A stretch of DNA of 64,000 bases from Bacillota bacterium (GTDB lineage: Bacteria > Bacillota > Limnochordia > DTU087): the NCBI GenBank assembly GCA_012519025.1, contig JAAYQZ010000040.1:5294-69293 (forward strand), in the 5' to 3' direction. A program made the position numbers and the translations under genes. The first letter of the stretch is position 1; every line of letters begins with the position of its first letter. The notes below the pieces were generated by a model. That model saw only the letters and a program-made list of their open reading frames with translations, was not told the DNA's origin and did no database searches. Positions 37,795-48,892 of this stretch are shown here, one piece after another.

Positions 37795-39193
37795 GGTGCA
37801 AAGCCCCGCTTCCTACATCCCATGCAGCTTCCATAATAGCTTCAGGCAGAGTGGGGTGGGCGTGGATAGTATCTGTGACATCATCGGCGGTCAGCCCGTG
37901 GCGAACAGCTAAAGTTATCTCACTAATTAGATCAGTGGCACCTGGGCCTACAACAGCACCGCCCAATAGAACGTTCGTTTTTTTATGGGCGATCAGTTTG
38001 ACAAACCCGCGACTGTTGCCAAGAGCCAAGGCTTTACCATTGCCGGCAAAGGGAAACCGACCAACTCTAATGGGTATCTCGTTGTCATGGGCTTCTTGTT
38101 CGCTTAGTCCAACTGACGCGATCTCAGGATCAGTAAAAATGGCGTTGGGCACAGCCTTATAATCCATTTTGTGTTCCCTACCCATAATGTTGTTGACAGC
38201 GACAATTGCTTGATGGGAGGCGACATGGGCCAGCATCATACCTCCTGTGACATCCCCAATGGCATAGATATGCCTGATGTTTGTCTGCATTAGATCGTTG
38301 ACTGCAATGGCGCCGCTTCTTGCCTGAAGTTCTATACCGATCTCCTCGGCCCCTAAGCCTTTTGAGAAAGGACGACGTCCGACTGCCATAAGCACTTTTT
38401 CCGCTTCAATACTGGGCATGGGTTCGCCGGAAGCAACATTTTTGAAGTGTATTAACGCACCGCCTTCTGCTGTTTTCTCCATGGCTGTGACCTGTGAGCC
38501 GGTATGGAGTTTCACTCCGGCCATGCGCAGGTTGCGTTCTACATCTTGTGTCAGATCTCTATCTAAAAGTGCCAGAACATCATCTAGATATTCAAGCAAG
38601 GTTACTTCTACGCCCAACCTTGCAAACATAGAGGCAAACTCCATGCCGATGACTCCTGCACCGATGATAGCAAGGCTTTTGGGTAGTTCTGTCATTGCCA
38701 GGGCTTCTTCGCTGCCCATGACAAAGCTTTCTTCTGCACCGGGTATAGGCAGTTCGGTGGGCTGGGAACCTGTGGCTGCAATTATATGTTTGGCCCGGAT
38801 TTGGGTCTGGCTATCTGTTTGTTGGATTTTTATAGTATGTGCATCAACAAATTGTCCCAACCCCTTAAAGGTAGTTACACCGTTGTTCGTAAGAAGAGAC
38901 TGCACTCCCCGCACCAAACCGGTAACGATTCTATCCTTGCGGCTGACCATGCGGGCGTAATCAAAGTCGATATTTTCTGCCGAACACGCATAGCGTCTGG
39001 CTTCCTGCATGGTTTTGTAGACTTCAGTTGTGCGGATCAAAGCCTTTGTCGGGATGCATCCCCGGTTGAGACAGGTACCTCCTTCTTTGTCTTTTTCAAT
39101 CAGTGCGACTTTAGCACCCTGCCTGGCACCGTAAATGGCTGCCACATATCCCCCCGGACCCGCCCCGATAACAGCAATATCAAATTCCTGCAT
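37784..39193 (-). CDS. lpdA: Dihydrolipoyl dehydrogenase
   Basis: GAGPGGY, GGTCLNRGCIPTK, GAGVIGME, HAHPTLPE motifs. Confidence 0.95.
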   Translation of the reverse strand: MQEFDIAVIGAGPGGYVAAIYGARQGAKVALIEKDKEGGTCLNRGCIPTKALIRTTEVYKTMQEARRYACSAENIDFDYARMVSRKDRIVTGLVRGVQSLLTNNGVTTFKGLGQFVDAHTIKIQQTDSQTQIRAKHIIAATGSQPTELPIPGAEESFVMGSEEALAMTELPKSLAIIGAGVIGMEFASMFARLGVEVTLLEYLDDVLALLDRDLTQDVERNLRMAGVKLHTGSQVTAMEKTAEGGALIHFKNVASGEPMPSIEAEKVLMAVGRRPFSKGLGAEEIGIELQARSGAIAVNDLMQTNIRHIYAIGDVTGGMMLAHVASHQAIVAVNNIMGREHKMDYKAVPNAIFTDPEIASVGLSEQEAHDNEIPIRVGRFPFAGNGKALALGNSRGFVKLIAHKKTNVLLGGAVVGPGATDLISEITLAVRHGLTADDVTDTIHAHPTLPEAIMEAAWDVGSGALHLAD

Positions 39194-39229
39194 GATGAAA
39201 TCATCCTTTCTTTTTTCAAAGGACGTCTG

Positions 39230-39877
39230 TCATAGATTTTCTCTGCCTTCAACACTGCCGACCAGCTGTTTTGCGGCTTTTTTGATTGCTCCATAGTCTT
39301 TATCGGCAACAGCTTGAGCAGGAACCAAAGAACCGCCTACACCCACAGCTGCAGAGCCGGCATCAAGATATGCTTTAGCATTTGCTTTGGAAATGCCGCC
39401 TGTTGCCATCAAAGGAATATGGCCCAAAGGACCTTTTAGGCTTTTGAAAAACCCTGGACCCAGCACATCGGCGGGAAATACTTTTACATAATCAGCACCT
39501 TGGGTATAAGCTGTGAGGATCTCTGTTGGTGTCATTGCCCCCGGTATTACCGGTTTGCCGTAACGCAGACAAACTTCCATAGTGCTTCGGTTCAAGGTGG
39601 GAGTGACGATGAAATCCGCACCCGCTAAAATCATGATGCGAGCCGTCTCCCCATCCAACACTGTTCCCACCCCCACAGCCACAGTGTCGGGAAGTTTGCT
39701 TTTTACATCTTCGATGATGGAGGCAATTTGCGGTGTCTCCGCAGTGAACTCCAAAACCTTAAGACCGCCTTCAACTAATGCATTGGCTGTGTGATAAGCA
39801 GAGTGTTTAGGCACCTTGCGCACAATGCCCACAATCTTCGTCTCTTCAATGAGTTTAAGCACACATTGCTTTTCCAT
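39230..39877 (-). CDS. eda: KDPG/KHG aldolase
   Basis: GVGTVLD, GADFIVTP, PGAMTPTEI, VKVFPA, TGGI motifs. Confidence 0.9.
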   Translation of the reverse strand: MEKQCVLKLIEETKIVGIVRKVPKHSAYHTANALVEGGLKVLEFTAETPQIASIIEDVKSKLPDTVAVGVGTVLDGETARIMILAGADFIVTPTLNRSTMEVCLRYGKPVIPGAMTPTEILTAYTQGADYVKVFPADVLGPGFFKSLKGPLGHIPLMATGGISKANAKAYLDAGSAAVGVGGSLVPAQAVADKDYGAIKKAAKQLVGSVEGRENL

Positions 39878-39913
39878 ATAGTATTACCCCCCTTTTCTAT
39901 ATGCAAACCCTAA

Positions 39914-39949
39914 CAAAAAAGCGGCCCTCGCCTGTGGCTAAAGACCGCT
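39914..39949 (-). terminator. Intrinsic terminator of rplM-rpsI
   Basis: AGCGGUCUU...GAGGGCCGCU stem plus U-run. Confidence 0.75.
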
Positions 39950-39970
39950 GGATAACATGTAGTCTGATGA

Positions 39971-40369
39971 TTATCGTTTGGAGAACTGAGGAGCCCGGCG
40001 TGCTTTTCTCAAGCCGTACTTATGACGCTCCTTCATTCTGGGATCCCTGGTCAAGTATCCGGCTCGTTTCAGCACAGAGCGCAGATCCGCGTCATATTCC
40101 AAAAGGGCTCTGGCTATACCGTGGCGAATGGCTCCGGCCTGTCCGGACTTTCCACCTCCGCCGACGTTCACCAAAATATCGAATTTACCCTCTGTTTCCG
40201 TTAAGGCTAACGGCTGACGACAAATGGTTTTCAAGACGTCACGGTCGAAATATTCGTCCATGGTCCGTTTGTTTATATTAAAGTTGCCGGTCCCCGGTCT
40301 GAGGTAAACACGGGCAACAGAGTGCTTTCTTCTACCTGTACCATAATACTGATTTAATTCTCTGGCCAC
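39971..40369 (-). CDS. rpsI: 30S ribosomal protein S9
   Basis: [29 protein letters not shown]. Confidence 0.98.
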   Translation of the reverse strand: MARELNQYYGTGRRKHSVARVYLRPGTGNFNINKRTMDEYFDRDVLKTICRQPLALTETEGKFDILVNVGGGGKSGQAGAIRHGIARALLEYDADLRSVLKRAGYLTRDPRMKERHKYGLRKARRAPQFSKR

Positions 40370-40440
40370 CTATCTGTCCCTCCTTTCAGCTGTTTTGAGT
40401 TTATCTTTAACCAAATCAACCCAGCCAATCTTTGGGCAAT

Positions 40441-40893
40441 TTATTTGACAGCTTCCTCAACCTCGAGAGGCTCGGGCATTTGCGCTGCGTGGGGATGATC
40501 CGGTCCGGCGTAGACTTTTAACTTAGTCAGCTGTTGTCTGGACAACTTGTTTTTGGGCAGCATGCCCCAAACAGTTTTGCGGATGACCTCTTCCGGTCTG
40601 GTTTCAAGCATTCTGTCAACTGAAGTGACGCGCAGGCCACCGGGGTAACCGGTATGCCGGCGATATACCTTCTGTTCCCGTTTTTTACCGGTAAGCAGTA
40701 CCTTTTCGGCATTCACCACTATGACAAAATCCCCAGTATCCATATGGGGTGTAAATTGCGGTTTGTGTTTACCGCGCAAGATATTGGCGATCTGGCCGGC
40801 AAGCCGACCCAACACCTTATCTTTCGCATCGATAACAACCCACTTTCTATCGATGTTACTGGGTTTAGCCATATATGTTTTTCCATCTTTCAT
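40441..40893 (-). CDS. rplM: 50S ribosomal protein L13
   Basis: [32 protein letters not shown]. Confidence 0.98.
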   Translation of the reverse strand: MKDGKTYMAKPSNIDRKWVVIDAKDKVLGRLAGQIANILRGKHKPQFTPHMDTGDFVIVVNAEKVLLTGKKREQKVYRRHTGYPGGLRVTSVDRMLETRPEEVIRKTVWGMLPKNKLSRQQLTKLKVYAGPDHPHAAQMPEPLEVEEAVK

Positions 40894-40919
40894 TGCCTTT
40901 CCCCCCTTTGCGAACACAG

Positions 40920-41005
40920 TTATCTAATACCCAGTCTCGAACTGTGACGCAGCGGCCGGGGCTGGTACCGCAGCGAGAAGTCAAGAACCGGTGATTATTC
41001 AAGTT
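40920..41005 (-). ncRNA. Probable L13 leader
   Basis: AGCCCCGG core (40963-40956) in the rplM 5' UTR, as in Firmicutes L13 leaders; boundaries approximate. Confidence 0.5.
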
Positions 41006-41016
41006 TACCGTATCCA

Positions 41017-41045
41017 ATTCTAATACAGGCCATTAGCAGTGTCAA
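41017..41045 (-). promoter_or_regulatory. SigA promoter of rplM-rpsI
   Basis: TTGACA-17 bp-TAGAAT. Confidence 0.8.
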
Positions 41046-41821
41046 GCATTTCCGAAAAGCCGTTCATCATCATAATAGACTTCCAGTAGATAAAGTCCGT
41101 GGGCCGGTGCTGTGGGCCCGGCTTTTGTCCGATCCCGGGCCTTTAGGATATCTGCCACACAGCCAGGCTGCCGTTTCCCCCTGCCGACCTCTACCAATGT
41201 CCCCACTATGTTGCGCACCATATTGTACAAAAACCCGTCAGCCTTTATGGTAATTGTAATGCTGCTGCCTGAAGCGATGACATCCAGTTGAAAAACAGTT
41301 CTCACCGATGTGCGGGCAGAACTGCCGCTGGTGCGAAAAGAGGCAAAATCATGGGTACCCACCAACGCCGCGGCCGCTTTTTGCATTTTCGCTGTATCCA
41401 AGTCATGGGGTACATGGTAGGCATAACAGCGCCTGAATACACTGGGTGTTGGTTGATTATCGATCACATACTGGTAGGTCTTGGCAACGGCATCATAACA
41501 AGCATGGAAATCGGTCTGCACGTATTCTGCCTCTTGGATGCGAATATCCCGAGGCAGTGCACTATTTAGTGCTTTTGGCAGTTTGTCTATGGGTATGCGG
41601 CTGGAGGTCTGGAAGTTTATAACCTGTCCCAGTGCATGGGTACCGGCATCAGTACGGCCAGAACCCGTAACCCGAACTTTCTCTTGGCAAATGCGCCAAA
41701 CTGCCTCTTCCAACTTACTTTGGATAGTGGGCAAATGCGGATCTTCTTGTGTTTGGAAGCCGTGGTATGCCGTACCATCATATTCAACTAAAAGCCGCAC
41801 ATTCTTCTTGTTGCCATCCAT
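41042..41821 (-). CDS. truA: tRNA pseudouridine(38-40) synthase
   Basis: EYDGTAYHGFQ, GSGRTDAGTHA, GFLYNMVR, TAPAHGLYL. Confidence 0.96.
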   Translation of the reverse strand: MDGNKKNVRLLVEYDGTAYHGFQTQEDPHLPTIQSKLEEAVWRICQEKVRVTGSGRTDAGTHALGQVINFQTSSRIPIDKLPKALNSALPRDIRIQEAEYVQTDFHACYDAVAKTYQYVIDNQPTPSVFRRCYAYHVPHDLDTAKMQKAAAALVGTHDFASFRTSGSSARTSVRTVFQLDVIASGSSITITIKADGFLYNMVRNIVGTLVEVGRGKRQPGCVADILKARDRTKAGPTAPAHGLYLLEVYYDDERLFGNA

Positions 41822-41868
41822 AGTTACAGCCACCGCCACAGGGAGTTTTCTAAGCCGGGCTGTGTTGT

Positions 41869-42666
41869 TTAGAATGCCCATGCTAAATAGATAATTAAAA
41901 GACCGCTGCCGCTTAAGATGAGATAGTCTGCAGGCCGAAACAGCAGTAAGTTCATTTTTGTGCGCCCTTCACCGCCCCGATAACACCTAGCCTCCATGGC
42001 GATTGCCAATTCATCCGCCCGCCGGAAAGCGCTGACAAACAGCGGGACTAGAAGCGGCAGTAGACTTTTGGCTCGCTGAATCAAATTGCCGGATTCAAAA
42101 TCTGCGCCCCTGGCCATCTGTGCTTTCATGATCTTTTCCGCTTCTTCCAATAGCGTGGGGATAAACCTTAACGCTATAGTCATCATCATGGCCAGCTCAT
42201 GGGCGGGAACACCAATCTTTTTACCGGGCTTGAGTAAACTCTCCAATCCATCTGTCAAGGCGATGGGTGACGTAGTTAAAGTTAGAACAGAAGTACCTAC
42301 AATTAGAAGAATAAGCCTAAGCGCAAGCATGCTTCCTCTAAAAAGCCCTTCTTTTGTGAGTACAAGGAAGCCAAGCTGCCAAATGGGATCTCCTTCTGTC
42401 ATAAAAGAATTTAAGACAAATGTTAAGATTACGATTGCGATCACCGGTCGCAAACCCCTAAATATAAACCGGGGTGAGATTGTGGATGTAGCTATGGCAA
42501 GCCCGATCAAGACAGCTGCAATTCCGTAGCCTGAGAAACTATCAATAAAAAACAAACCGACAACTAAAAAGAGTGTGACCAGAATTTTTGTGCGGGGATC
42601 AAGCCGATGCACAAGGGAATCTCCCGGGACATACTGGCCAATGGTGATGTTTCTAAACACAGCCAT
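41869..42666 (-). CDS. ecfT: ECF transporter transmembrane component T
   Basis: HRLDPRTK, ALRFIPTL, AQMARG, AMEARCY. Confidence 0.95.
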   Translation of the reverse strand: MAVFRNITIGQYVPGDSLVHRLDPRTKILVTLFLVVGLFFIDSFSGYGIAAVLIGLAIATSTISPRFIFRGLRPVIAIVILTFVLNSFMTEGDPIWQLGFLVLTKEGLFRGSMLALRLILLIVGTSVLTLTTSPIALTDGLESLLKPGKKIGVPAHELAMMMTIALRFIPTLLEEAEKIMKAQMARGADFESGNLIQRAKSLLPLLVPLFVSAFRRADELAIAMEARCYRGGEGRTKMNLLLFRPADYLILSGSGLLIIYLAWAF

Positions 42667-43574
42667 CACTTATACACCCCTTTGCTCGATCCCTTGCCTG
42701 CCCCACTGCTTTTGGCGCCTGTTTCTTTTGATGCCAGGGCTTCAAGGATAGCAGCTTCCGCCGCTTCGATAGTTAATACACTGGCCGGCAGTGACCAGCC
42801 TCTTTCCCTTAATCGCTGCATCAATAGGGTCATATCCGGCACCCCCAGGCCGATACCCTGCAGTTTTTCACTATCTACAAAGATCTTTTCCGGGGAGCCT
42901 TCCATGGCTATACCACCATTTTCCATAACCACAAGCCGCTTTGCTATTTTTGCCACCTCGGCCATGTTGTGAGACACAAAAACCACGGTGAGGGCCCGCT
43001 CTTTGTGCAGTCTGAGAATTTGCCCCAATAGGTCTTCTCTGCTGCGGGGATCCAAACCGGCTGTAGGCTCATCTAAAACAATCACCGATGGTTCCATTGC
43101 CAACACACCGGCAATGGCCACTCGCCTTTTTTCACCACCGCTCAATTCAAAGGGAGAGCGGTCAGCAAAGCCTTCGTCTAAATCAACGCTTTTTAGCGCC
43201 CGTCTCACACGGTCTTCCAATTCTTCCCCTGTGATTCCGGCGTTGCGGGGCCCAAATGCCACGTCTTCCCAGACAGTTTCTTCAAACAGCTGGTGCTCAG
43301 GATATTGAAAGACAAGCCCCACCTTGCGTCTTACGTCTCTAAGGCTGACTCCTTTTTGGCTTAGATCTACACCATCAATTCTAACGGTGCCTTTAGTAGG
43401 ACGCAAAAGGCCGTTGAAGTGCTGGACAAGGGTGGATTTTCCTGACCCTGTGTGGCCAATAATGGCGATAATCTCCCCATCTTCAATAGTGAGATTAATG
43501 TTTTTGAGTGCATCTTGAGCAAAGGGAGTACCGGCATTATAGATATGGGTTAAATCCCTGATCTCAATTGACAT
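42666..43574 (-). CDS. ecfA2: ECF transporter ATPase EcfA2
   Basis: GHTGSGKST, VFQYPEHQLFEETV, SPFELSGG. Confidence 0.95.
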   Translation of the reverse strand: MSIEIRDLTHIYNAGTPFAQDALKNINLTIEDGEIIAIIGHTGSGKSTLVQHFNGLLRPTKGTVRIDGVDLSQKGVSLRDVRRKVGLVFQYPEHQLFEETVWEDVAFGPRNAGITGEELEDRVRRALKSVDLDEGFADRSPFELSGGEKRRVAIAGVLAMEPSVIVLDEPTAGLDPRSREDLLGQILRLHKERALTVVFVSHNMAEVAKIAKRLVVMENGGIAMEGSPEKIFVDSEKLQGIGLGVPDMTLLMQRLRERGWSLPASVLTIEAAEAAILEALASKETGAKSSGAGKGSSKGVYK

Positions 43575-44404
43575 AAAGCTGTCACCATCTCATCTACAGT
43601 TAATAAGTCACCGGGGAATTCCCGCAATCTGGACCTGAGCCTGGCGGCCAACTCCACAATCGGCGGTACATCCAACCGCAATTTTCGCAGAAGTTCCATC
43701 TTTTGGAAGACATCTGCCGGTGGACCCTGCAAAACGATCCTGCCTTCATCCATAACGACTACGCGTTTGGCTCTGACTGCTTCATCCATGAAATGAGTTA
43801 TTAAAATAACGGTTATCCCTTCGGTTTCGTTTAACATTTGAACTGTATCCAAAACTTCTTGACGTCCGATAGGATCCAGCATAGCGGTGGGTTCATCTAG
43901 TACCAGGCATTTGGGCCGCATGGCGATTACTCCGGCAATGGCCACCCTTTGCTTTTGCCCTCCGGACAAGTTGTGAGGAGCCGCCTTGGCATATTCAGAC
44001 ATCCCTACGATACCAAGGGCTTCATCAACTCGCTCCCTAATCACATGCTGTTTGAGACCGAGGTTTTCCGGTCCAAAAGCGACATCTTCTTCAACAGTTG
44101 TAGCTACAATCTGGTTATCCGGATTCTGGAAGACCATGCCGACCATCTGTCGTATTTTCCAAAAGTTTTCTTCTTCATGAGTGTTCATATCTGCGATCCA
44201 CACATCACCGACAGAAGGCAGCAAAAGGCCGTTTAGGTGCTTGGCTAAAGTAGATTTACCGGAGCCGTTGTGGCCTAAAACAGCCACAAACTCACCCTCA
44301 GCAATCGTCAAATCCACTTCAGTTAATGCAGCCTCTTCTTGTCCTTGTCCTTTTGGATAAGAGTAAGACACCTTTTCAACTTCTATAAAACTCCTTTGCC
44401 CCAC
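43550..44404 (-). CDS. ecfA1: ECF transporter ATPase EcfA1
   Basis: GHNGSGKST, VFQNPDNQ, LSGGQKQR; GTG at 44404 follows GGAGGG. Confidence 0.95.
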   Translation of the reverse strand: MGQRSFIEVEKVSYSYPKGQGQEEAALTEVDLTIAEGEFVAVLGHNGSGKSTLAKHLNGLLLPSVGDVWIADMNTHEEENFWKIRQMVGMVFQNPDNQIVATTVEEDVAFGPENLGLKQHVIRERVDEALGIVGMSEYAKAAPHNLSGGQKQRVAIAGVIAMRPKCLVLDEPTAMLDPIGRQEVLDTVQMLNETEGITVILITHFMDEAVRAKRVVVMDEGRIVLQGPPADVFQKMELLRKLRLDVPPIVELAARLRSRLREFPGDLLTVDEMVTALCQLRSGI

Positions 44405-44489
44405 CTGGCATTCCCTCCCCGTCGCGGCCAACCCAGTCAAATATGACGGCAGGCCAATTGGCAGGTCTCCCAACCTGCCCCAAGGAACG

Positions 44490-44522
44490 AAAAAGCGACG
44501 CAGAGGATAGCTCCTCTGCGAC
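44490..44522 (-). terminator. Intrinsic terminator of the alpha operon
   Basis: CGCAGAGGA/UCCUCUGCG stem followed by UCGCUUUUU. Confidence 0.8.
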
Positions 44523-44570
44523 CTCTATCTGCCCACCACTATACCACTATGCAGACTATACAAGATTTCA

Positions 44571-44909
44571 TTAGACCAATGCCACAATACTTAGAGGTGC
44601 CCCGTCACCCCGCCTGGGTCCCACTTTGACAATGCGGGTATATCCGCCATTGCGGTCATTGTATCGAGGAGCAATATCGGCGAAGAGTTTCTGCACGGCT
44701 TCCGGCCGCCCCAGGAAGGATGCAGCTTGTCGCCTGGCGTGCAGGTCGCCCTGTTTGCCCAGGGTAATCATTTGATCTACCAGGGGCTTAACTGCCTTTG
44801 CTTTTGTATCTGTTGTTTGGATTTCTTCTTCCAATATTACAGCCGCTACCAAGTTGCGCAGCATGGCTCGCCTGTGGTCGGCAGACCGCCCAAACTTTGC
44901 CTTCTTCAT
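44571..44909 (-). CDS. rplQ: 50S ribosomal protein L17
   Basis: [23 protein letters not shown]. Confidence 0.98.
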   Translation of the reverse strand: MKKAKFGRSADHRRAMLRNLVAAVILEEEIQTTDTKAKAVKPLVDQMITLGKQGDLHARRQAASFLGRPEAVQKLFADIAPRYNDRNGGYTRIVKVGPRRGDGAPLSIVALV

Positions 44910-44955
44910 GCCCACACCTTCTTTCTCTTCCGGAACATAAACCTATCTATCTTGC

Positions 44956-45897
44956 TTAATCTTCGGATTCACGCAAGGTTAAACCCAAAGTGGCTAATTT
45001 GTCTTTAACTTCTTGGAGAGATTTTTTGCCGAGGTTTCTGACTTTCATCATATCCTCTTCTGTCTTGCGAGTTAATTCTTCGACACTGTCGACACCCGCC
45101 CGCTTAAGACAGTTGTATGACCGCACAGAAAGATCCAATTCTTCAATGGCCATTTCAAGCACACGATCTTTCTCTTCCTCTTCTTTCTCCACCATAATCT
45201 CCAAATCATGGCCGCCATCTGTCAGCTCAATAAACAGCTTCAGATGCTCAGTCACAATTTTTGCAGCTAGGGTAATGGCCTCATCCGGGGATATGCTGCC
45301 GTCTGTCCAAATCTCTAAAATCAGCCGATCATAGTCGGTAACCTGACCAACCCTGGTGTCCTCCACCGTGTAGTTCACCCGATGAACCGGTGTGAAAATT
45401 GAATCCACTGGGATGGAACCGATTGGGTTATTGGGATCTTTGTTGCGTTCGGCAGGAACATAGCCCCGTCCCTTGGCCAGTTCTATTTCCATCATCAGAC
45501 GTCCATTTGCATCAAGTGTAGCTATGTGCAAATCCGGATTCACGATCTCCACATCTGCACCATGAATGATGTCTTTGGCCAGGACTTCGCCTTCCCCTTC
45601 GGCTTCGATCCTAACGGTCATCGACTCATCCGTGTGCATCCTAACCACCAATTCCTTGAGATTAAGGACTATATCTGTAGTGTCTTCCACTACCCCTTCC
45701 ACGGTGGAGAATTCGTGCAACACTCCGTCGATCTTGATAGAGGTCACAGCCGCACCCGGTAAAGATGACAGCAAAACTCGGCGCAATGAGTTCCCTAGGG
45801 TAATTCCGTATCCTCTTTCCAGTGGTTCTACTACATATTTGCCATAAGATTCACTGGAATCGACACACTCAATTTTGGGCCTTTCTATCTCGATCAT
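44956..45897 (-). CDS. rpoA: RNA polymerase alpha subunit
   Basis: [35 protein letters not shown]. Confidence 0.99.
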   Translation of the reverse strand: MIEIERPKIECVDSSESYGKYVVEPLERGYGITLGNSLRRVLLSSLPGAAVTSIKIDGVLHEFSTVEGVVEDTTDIVLNLKELVVRMHTDESMTVRIEAEGEGEVLAKDIIHGADVEIVNPDLHIATLDANGRLMMEIELAKGRGYVPAERNKDPNNPIGSIPVDSIFTPVHRVNYTVEDTRVGQVTDYDRLILEIWTDGSISPDEAITLAAKIVTEHLKLFIELTDGGHDLEIMVEKEEEEKDRVLEMAIEELDLSVRSYNCLKRAGVDSVEELTRKTEEDMMKVRNLGKKSLQEVKDKLATLGLTLRESED

Positions 45898-45935
45898 GTG
45901 CAAAACCCTCCTTCACAGGAAGCAGCCAAGCTGAT

Positions 45936-46562
45936 TTATCGGGAGTAAAACTCAACAATTAAGTGCTCCTGTATGGAAATATCCATCTGTTCACGGGTAG
46001 GCACAGCAAGGATTCTACCTTCCATTTGCTCAAGATTTGCATCAAGCCATTCAGGAAAAGTTCGTCCTTCAGCAGCCTCAATGTTGGCTCGCACGAGCTG
46101 CATATCTCGGCTATTCTCCCGTACAGTAATAACGTCGCCTACCTTCACCTCAAATGAGGGTATATCAGTCTTTTGTCCGTTAACAGCAAAATGTCCGTGC
46201 ATGACTAACTGCCTGGCTTGGGCCCTAGAGGATGCAAAACCCATCCGATAAACTATATTATCCAGCCTCAGTTCCAAAAGCCGCAGCAAGTTTTCGCCTG
46301 TGATCCCGGACTGCCGGGACGCACGGTCATAATATCTTCTGAATTGACGCTCCAAAACTCCGTAAATACGGCGCAGCTTCTGCTTTTCACGCAAGTGAAG
46401 CCCGTATTCCGATTCCTTTTGCCGTCCCTGACCGTGTTGGCCGGGAGGGTAGGAACGTCTTTCTATTGCGCATTTATCAGTATAACACCGGTCGCCCTTA
46501 AGGAAGAGCTTCTCGCCTTCCCGTCGGCACAACCGGCAAACAGGTCCGGTATACCTGGCCAT
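45936..46562 (-). CDS. rpsD: 30S ribosomal protein S4 (Zn-binding type)
   Basis: [27 protein letters not shown]. Confidence 0.99.
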   Translation of the reverse strand: MARYTGPVCRLCRREGEKLFLKGDRCYTDKCAIERRSYPPGQHGQGRQKESEYGLHLREKQKLRRIYGVLERQFRRYYDRASRQSGITGENLLRLLELRLDNIVYRMGFASSRAQARQLVMHGHFAVNGQKTDIPSFEVKVGDVITVRENSRDMQLVRANIEAAEGRTFPEWLDANLEQMEGRILAVPTREQMDISIQEHLIVEFYSR

Positions 46563-46636
46563 AGAATGCCAACACCTCCACTATTAAATAAACACCATGT
46601 CCTGTATAGTTTTCCTAATTGTACCAAATTCATGCA

Positions 46637-47032
46637 TTACACTCGGCGACGCTTCGGCGGGCGGCAGCCGTTGTGGGGAATGGGGGTCACATCCCTGATC
46701 ATGTTCACATCCAACCCTGCCCCCTGCAGTGAACGAATAGCTGCCTCCCGTCCGGCACCCGGCCCTTTTACGAAAACTTCCACTTCCCGCATTCCGTGCT
46801 CCATGGCAGCTTTAGCTGCGCTCTCGGCAGCCAGGCCTGCGGCAAAAGGAGTGCTTTTGCGAGAGCCTTTAAAGCCCATGTGGCCGGAACTGGCCCAAGA
46901 CACCACATTACCGTGTCTATCACAGATAGTTACGATTGTATTATTAAAAGTGGAGCGAATATGGGCAACCCCACTGGGAATGTTCTTGCGCTCACGTCTG
47001 CGAGCTCTTGCACCTCGTCTGGGTCTAGCCAT
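46637..47032 (-). CDS. rpsK: 30S ribosomal protein S11
   Basis: [28 protein letters not shown]. Confidence 0.99.
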   Translation of the reverse strand: MARPRRGARARRRERKNIPSGVAHIRSTFNNTIVTICDRHGNVVSWASSGHMGFKGSRKSTPFAAGLAAESAAKAAMEHGMREVEVFVKGPGAGREAAIRSLQGAGLDVNMIRDVTPIPHNGCRPPKRRRV

Positions 47033-47053
47033 AAATCCCTACCTCCTTCCTTC

Positions 47054-47422
47054 CTATCGCCTTCTACTGGCAGCGCCACGCTTCGGTCCTTTGCGGGTCC
47101 GGGCGTTGGTTCTTGTCCGTTGCCCTCTCACAGGCAAACCGCGGCGATGTCTATAACCTCTGTATGATCCAATATCCATCAGACGTTTGATGTTTTGAGC
47201 AGTTTCCCGTCTTAAGTCGCCTTCTACCGTATATTCTCTATCGATGGTTTCCCGCAGGCGATTGACCTCTTCCTCGGTCAGGTCTCTCACTCTGGTATCG
47301 GGATTCACATTAGCTTTAGCAAGAATTTCCAAGGAGCAGGAACGACCAATCCCATAGATATAGGTTAGAGCCACTTCCACCCGCTTGTCTCTTGGAATAT
47401 CTACACCGGCAATACGAGCCAT
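47054..47422 (-). CDS. rpsM: 30S ribosomal protein S13
   Basis: [26 protein letters not shown]. Confidence 0.99.
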   Translation of the reverse strand: MARIAGVDIPRDKRVEVALTYIYGIGRSCSLEILAKANVNPDTRVRDLTEEEVNRLRETIDREYTVEGDLRRETAQNIKRLMDIGSYRGYRHRRGLPVRGQRTRTNARTRKGPKRGAASRRR

Positions 47423-47440
47423 CCAATTACACCTCCTACC

Positions 47441-47554
47441 TTACCCCTGTCTTTGCTTATGCTTCGGATTCTCACAAATCACCACGACACGGCCCCTACG
47501 CCGGATGACTTTGCACTTTTCGCAAATAGGCTTTACAGATGGTCTGACTTTTAT
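47441..47554 (-). CDS. rpmJ: 50S ribosomal protein L36 (not in the ORF track; ATA at the initiator position)
   Basis: Manual translation gives (M)[36 protein letters not shown]-stop between infA and rpsM. Confidence 0.95.
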   Translation of the reverse strand: MKVRPSVKPICEKCKVIRRRGRVVVICENPKHKQRQG

Positions 47555-47568
47555 CGCCAGCACCCCCT

Positions 47569-47787
47569 CTATCTTTTTCGATACACTATGCGGCCCCTAG
47601 TCAAGTCATATGGTGATAGTTCCACCGTCACTTTATCACCGGCCAGGATGCGGATGAAGTTCATGCGCATCTTACCGGAGATATGAGCCAAAACCTTATG
47701 GCCGTTTTCAAGCTCTACTTGAAACATAGCGTTGGGTAAGGCCTCTACTACCGTACCCTCAACTTCGATTACATCTTGTTTGGACAT
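47569..47787 (-). CDS. infA: Translation initiation factor IF-1
   Basis: [30 protein letters not shown]. Confidence 0.99.
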   Translation of the reverse strand: MSKQDVIEVEGTVVEALPNAMFQVELENGHKVLAHISGKMRMNFIRILAGDKVTVELSPYDLTRGRIVYRKR

Positions 47788-48068
47788 TATCGGTCAACCC
47801 CCCTAACATCGTCTTGCAGTTTCTCCAACGCTTCTCGGATGTCGGCATTGCTTACCGAAACGCTGCCCAATAATTTCGCCCGGATATCCTCGGCCCACAT
47901 ATCCTGCGGACACAAGTGTTTCGGGTTTTTCCTTTTAGGGCACTCTACCCGCCGAGTTTCCCCGTCTGTCACCAGTACTCTATTTTCAGTAAAACCAATA
48001 ACTAGAAACTGTTGACCGGCATCTCGCCCGGCTATGGATGTAGCGAGTTGGCCCACCTGAACATCCAC
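47787..48068 (-). CDS. KOW-motif protein (L14e-like)
   Basis: [18 protein letters not shown]...PKRKNPKHL; usual position between map and infA. Confidence 0.85.
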   Translation of the reverse strand: MDVQVGQLATSIAGRDAGQQFLVIGFTENRVLVTDGETRRVECPKRKNPKHLCPQDMWAEDIRAKLLGSVSVSNADIREALEKLQDDVRGVDR

Positions 48069-48101
48069 AAACTCCCCTCCCCAACCTGCATCTAGAGTAT
48101 A

Positions 48102-48848
48102 CTAGATTTTTGTTAAGATGCGGGGACCAGTCTCCGTGACAGCAATCGTGTCTTCAAAATGCGCAGATAGACTTTGATCAGCTGTGACAACGGTCCAATT
48201 ATCAGAGAGGATTTTAACTTCCCAGCCTCCCATATTCACCATGGGCTCGATTGCTAGAGCCATACCCGGCTGCAAGCGAGGGCCTCTGCCCGGCCTGCCG
48301 AAATTGGGAATTTGAGGTGGTTCGTGCATATCTCGACCAATCCCATGTCCTACGAAATCTCTAACGACTGACAGACTTTGGTCCTCAACAAAGCTTTGTA
48401 CAGCGTGGCCTATATCAGAAAGCCTATTGCCAACTGTGGCCGCGGAAATACCGTGTTCCAAAGCCTTTTGGGTCACCCAAAGCAGCCGCTCTGCCTCATT
48501 GGAAATCTCACCAACCGGATAAGTTCGGGCCATATCGCCGTGAAACCCCTCGAGTATAGCGCCGATATCAATACCAATGATGTCACCAGCTTGTAAAACT
48601 TGGGATCCTGGAATACCATGCACAACAACTTCATTGATTGATGCACAAATGCTGGCAGGGAAACCTTGATAGCCTTTAAAGCTGGGAATCCCACCGTGCG
48701 AACGAATATATTCCTCTGCTAGGGCATCCAGGGATCCGGTTGTAATCCCCGGTTTGATGGCGTCGGCCACTGCGGCATGGGTCTTTGCTACCAGTTGGCC
48801 GGCAGCAGCCATAAGCTCTAATTCCCTGTCAGATTTCAGAATAATCAT
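48102..48848 (-). CDS. map: Methionine aminopeptidase type I
   Basis: [21 protein letters not shown]...HEPP, AIEPM, AHFED. Confidence 0.97.
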   Translation of the reverse strand: MIILKSDRELELMAAAGQLVAKTHAAVADAIKPGITTGSLDALAEEYIRSHGGIPSFKGYQGFPASICASINEVVVHGIPGSQVLQAGDIIGIDIGAILEGFHGDMARTYPVGEISNEAERLLWVTQKALEHGISAATVGNRLSDIGHAVQSFVEDQSLSVVRDFVGHGIGRDMHEPPQIPNFGRPGRGPRLQPGMALAIEPMVNMGGWEVKILSDNWTVVTADQSLSAHFEDTIAVTETGPRILTKI

Positions 48849-48892
48849 GTTGGCCTCCGTATCTAAATCCCACTCAAACGAAGCGAGGAATC

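Noticed and set aside
46218-47156. 312 aa plus-strand ORF
   Set aside because: Antisense shadow of rpsD, rpsK and rpsM with no motifs; the same applies to the many other short ORFs overlapping real genes
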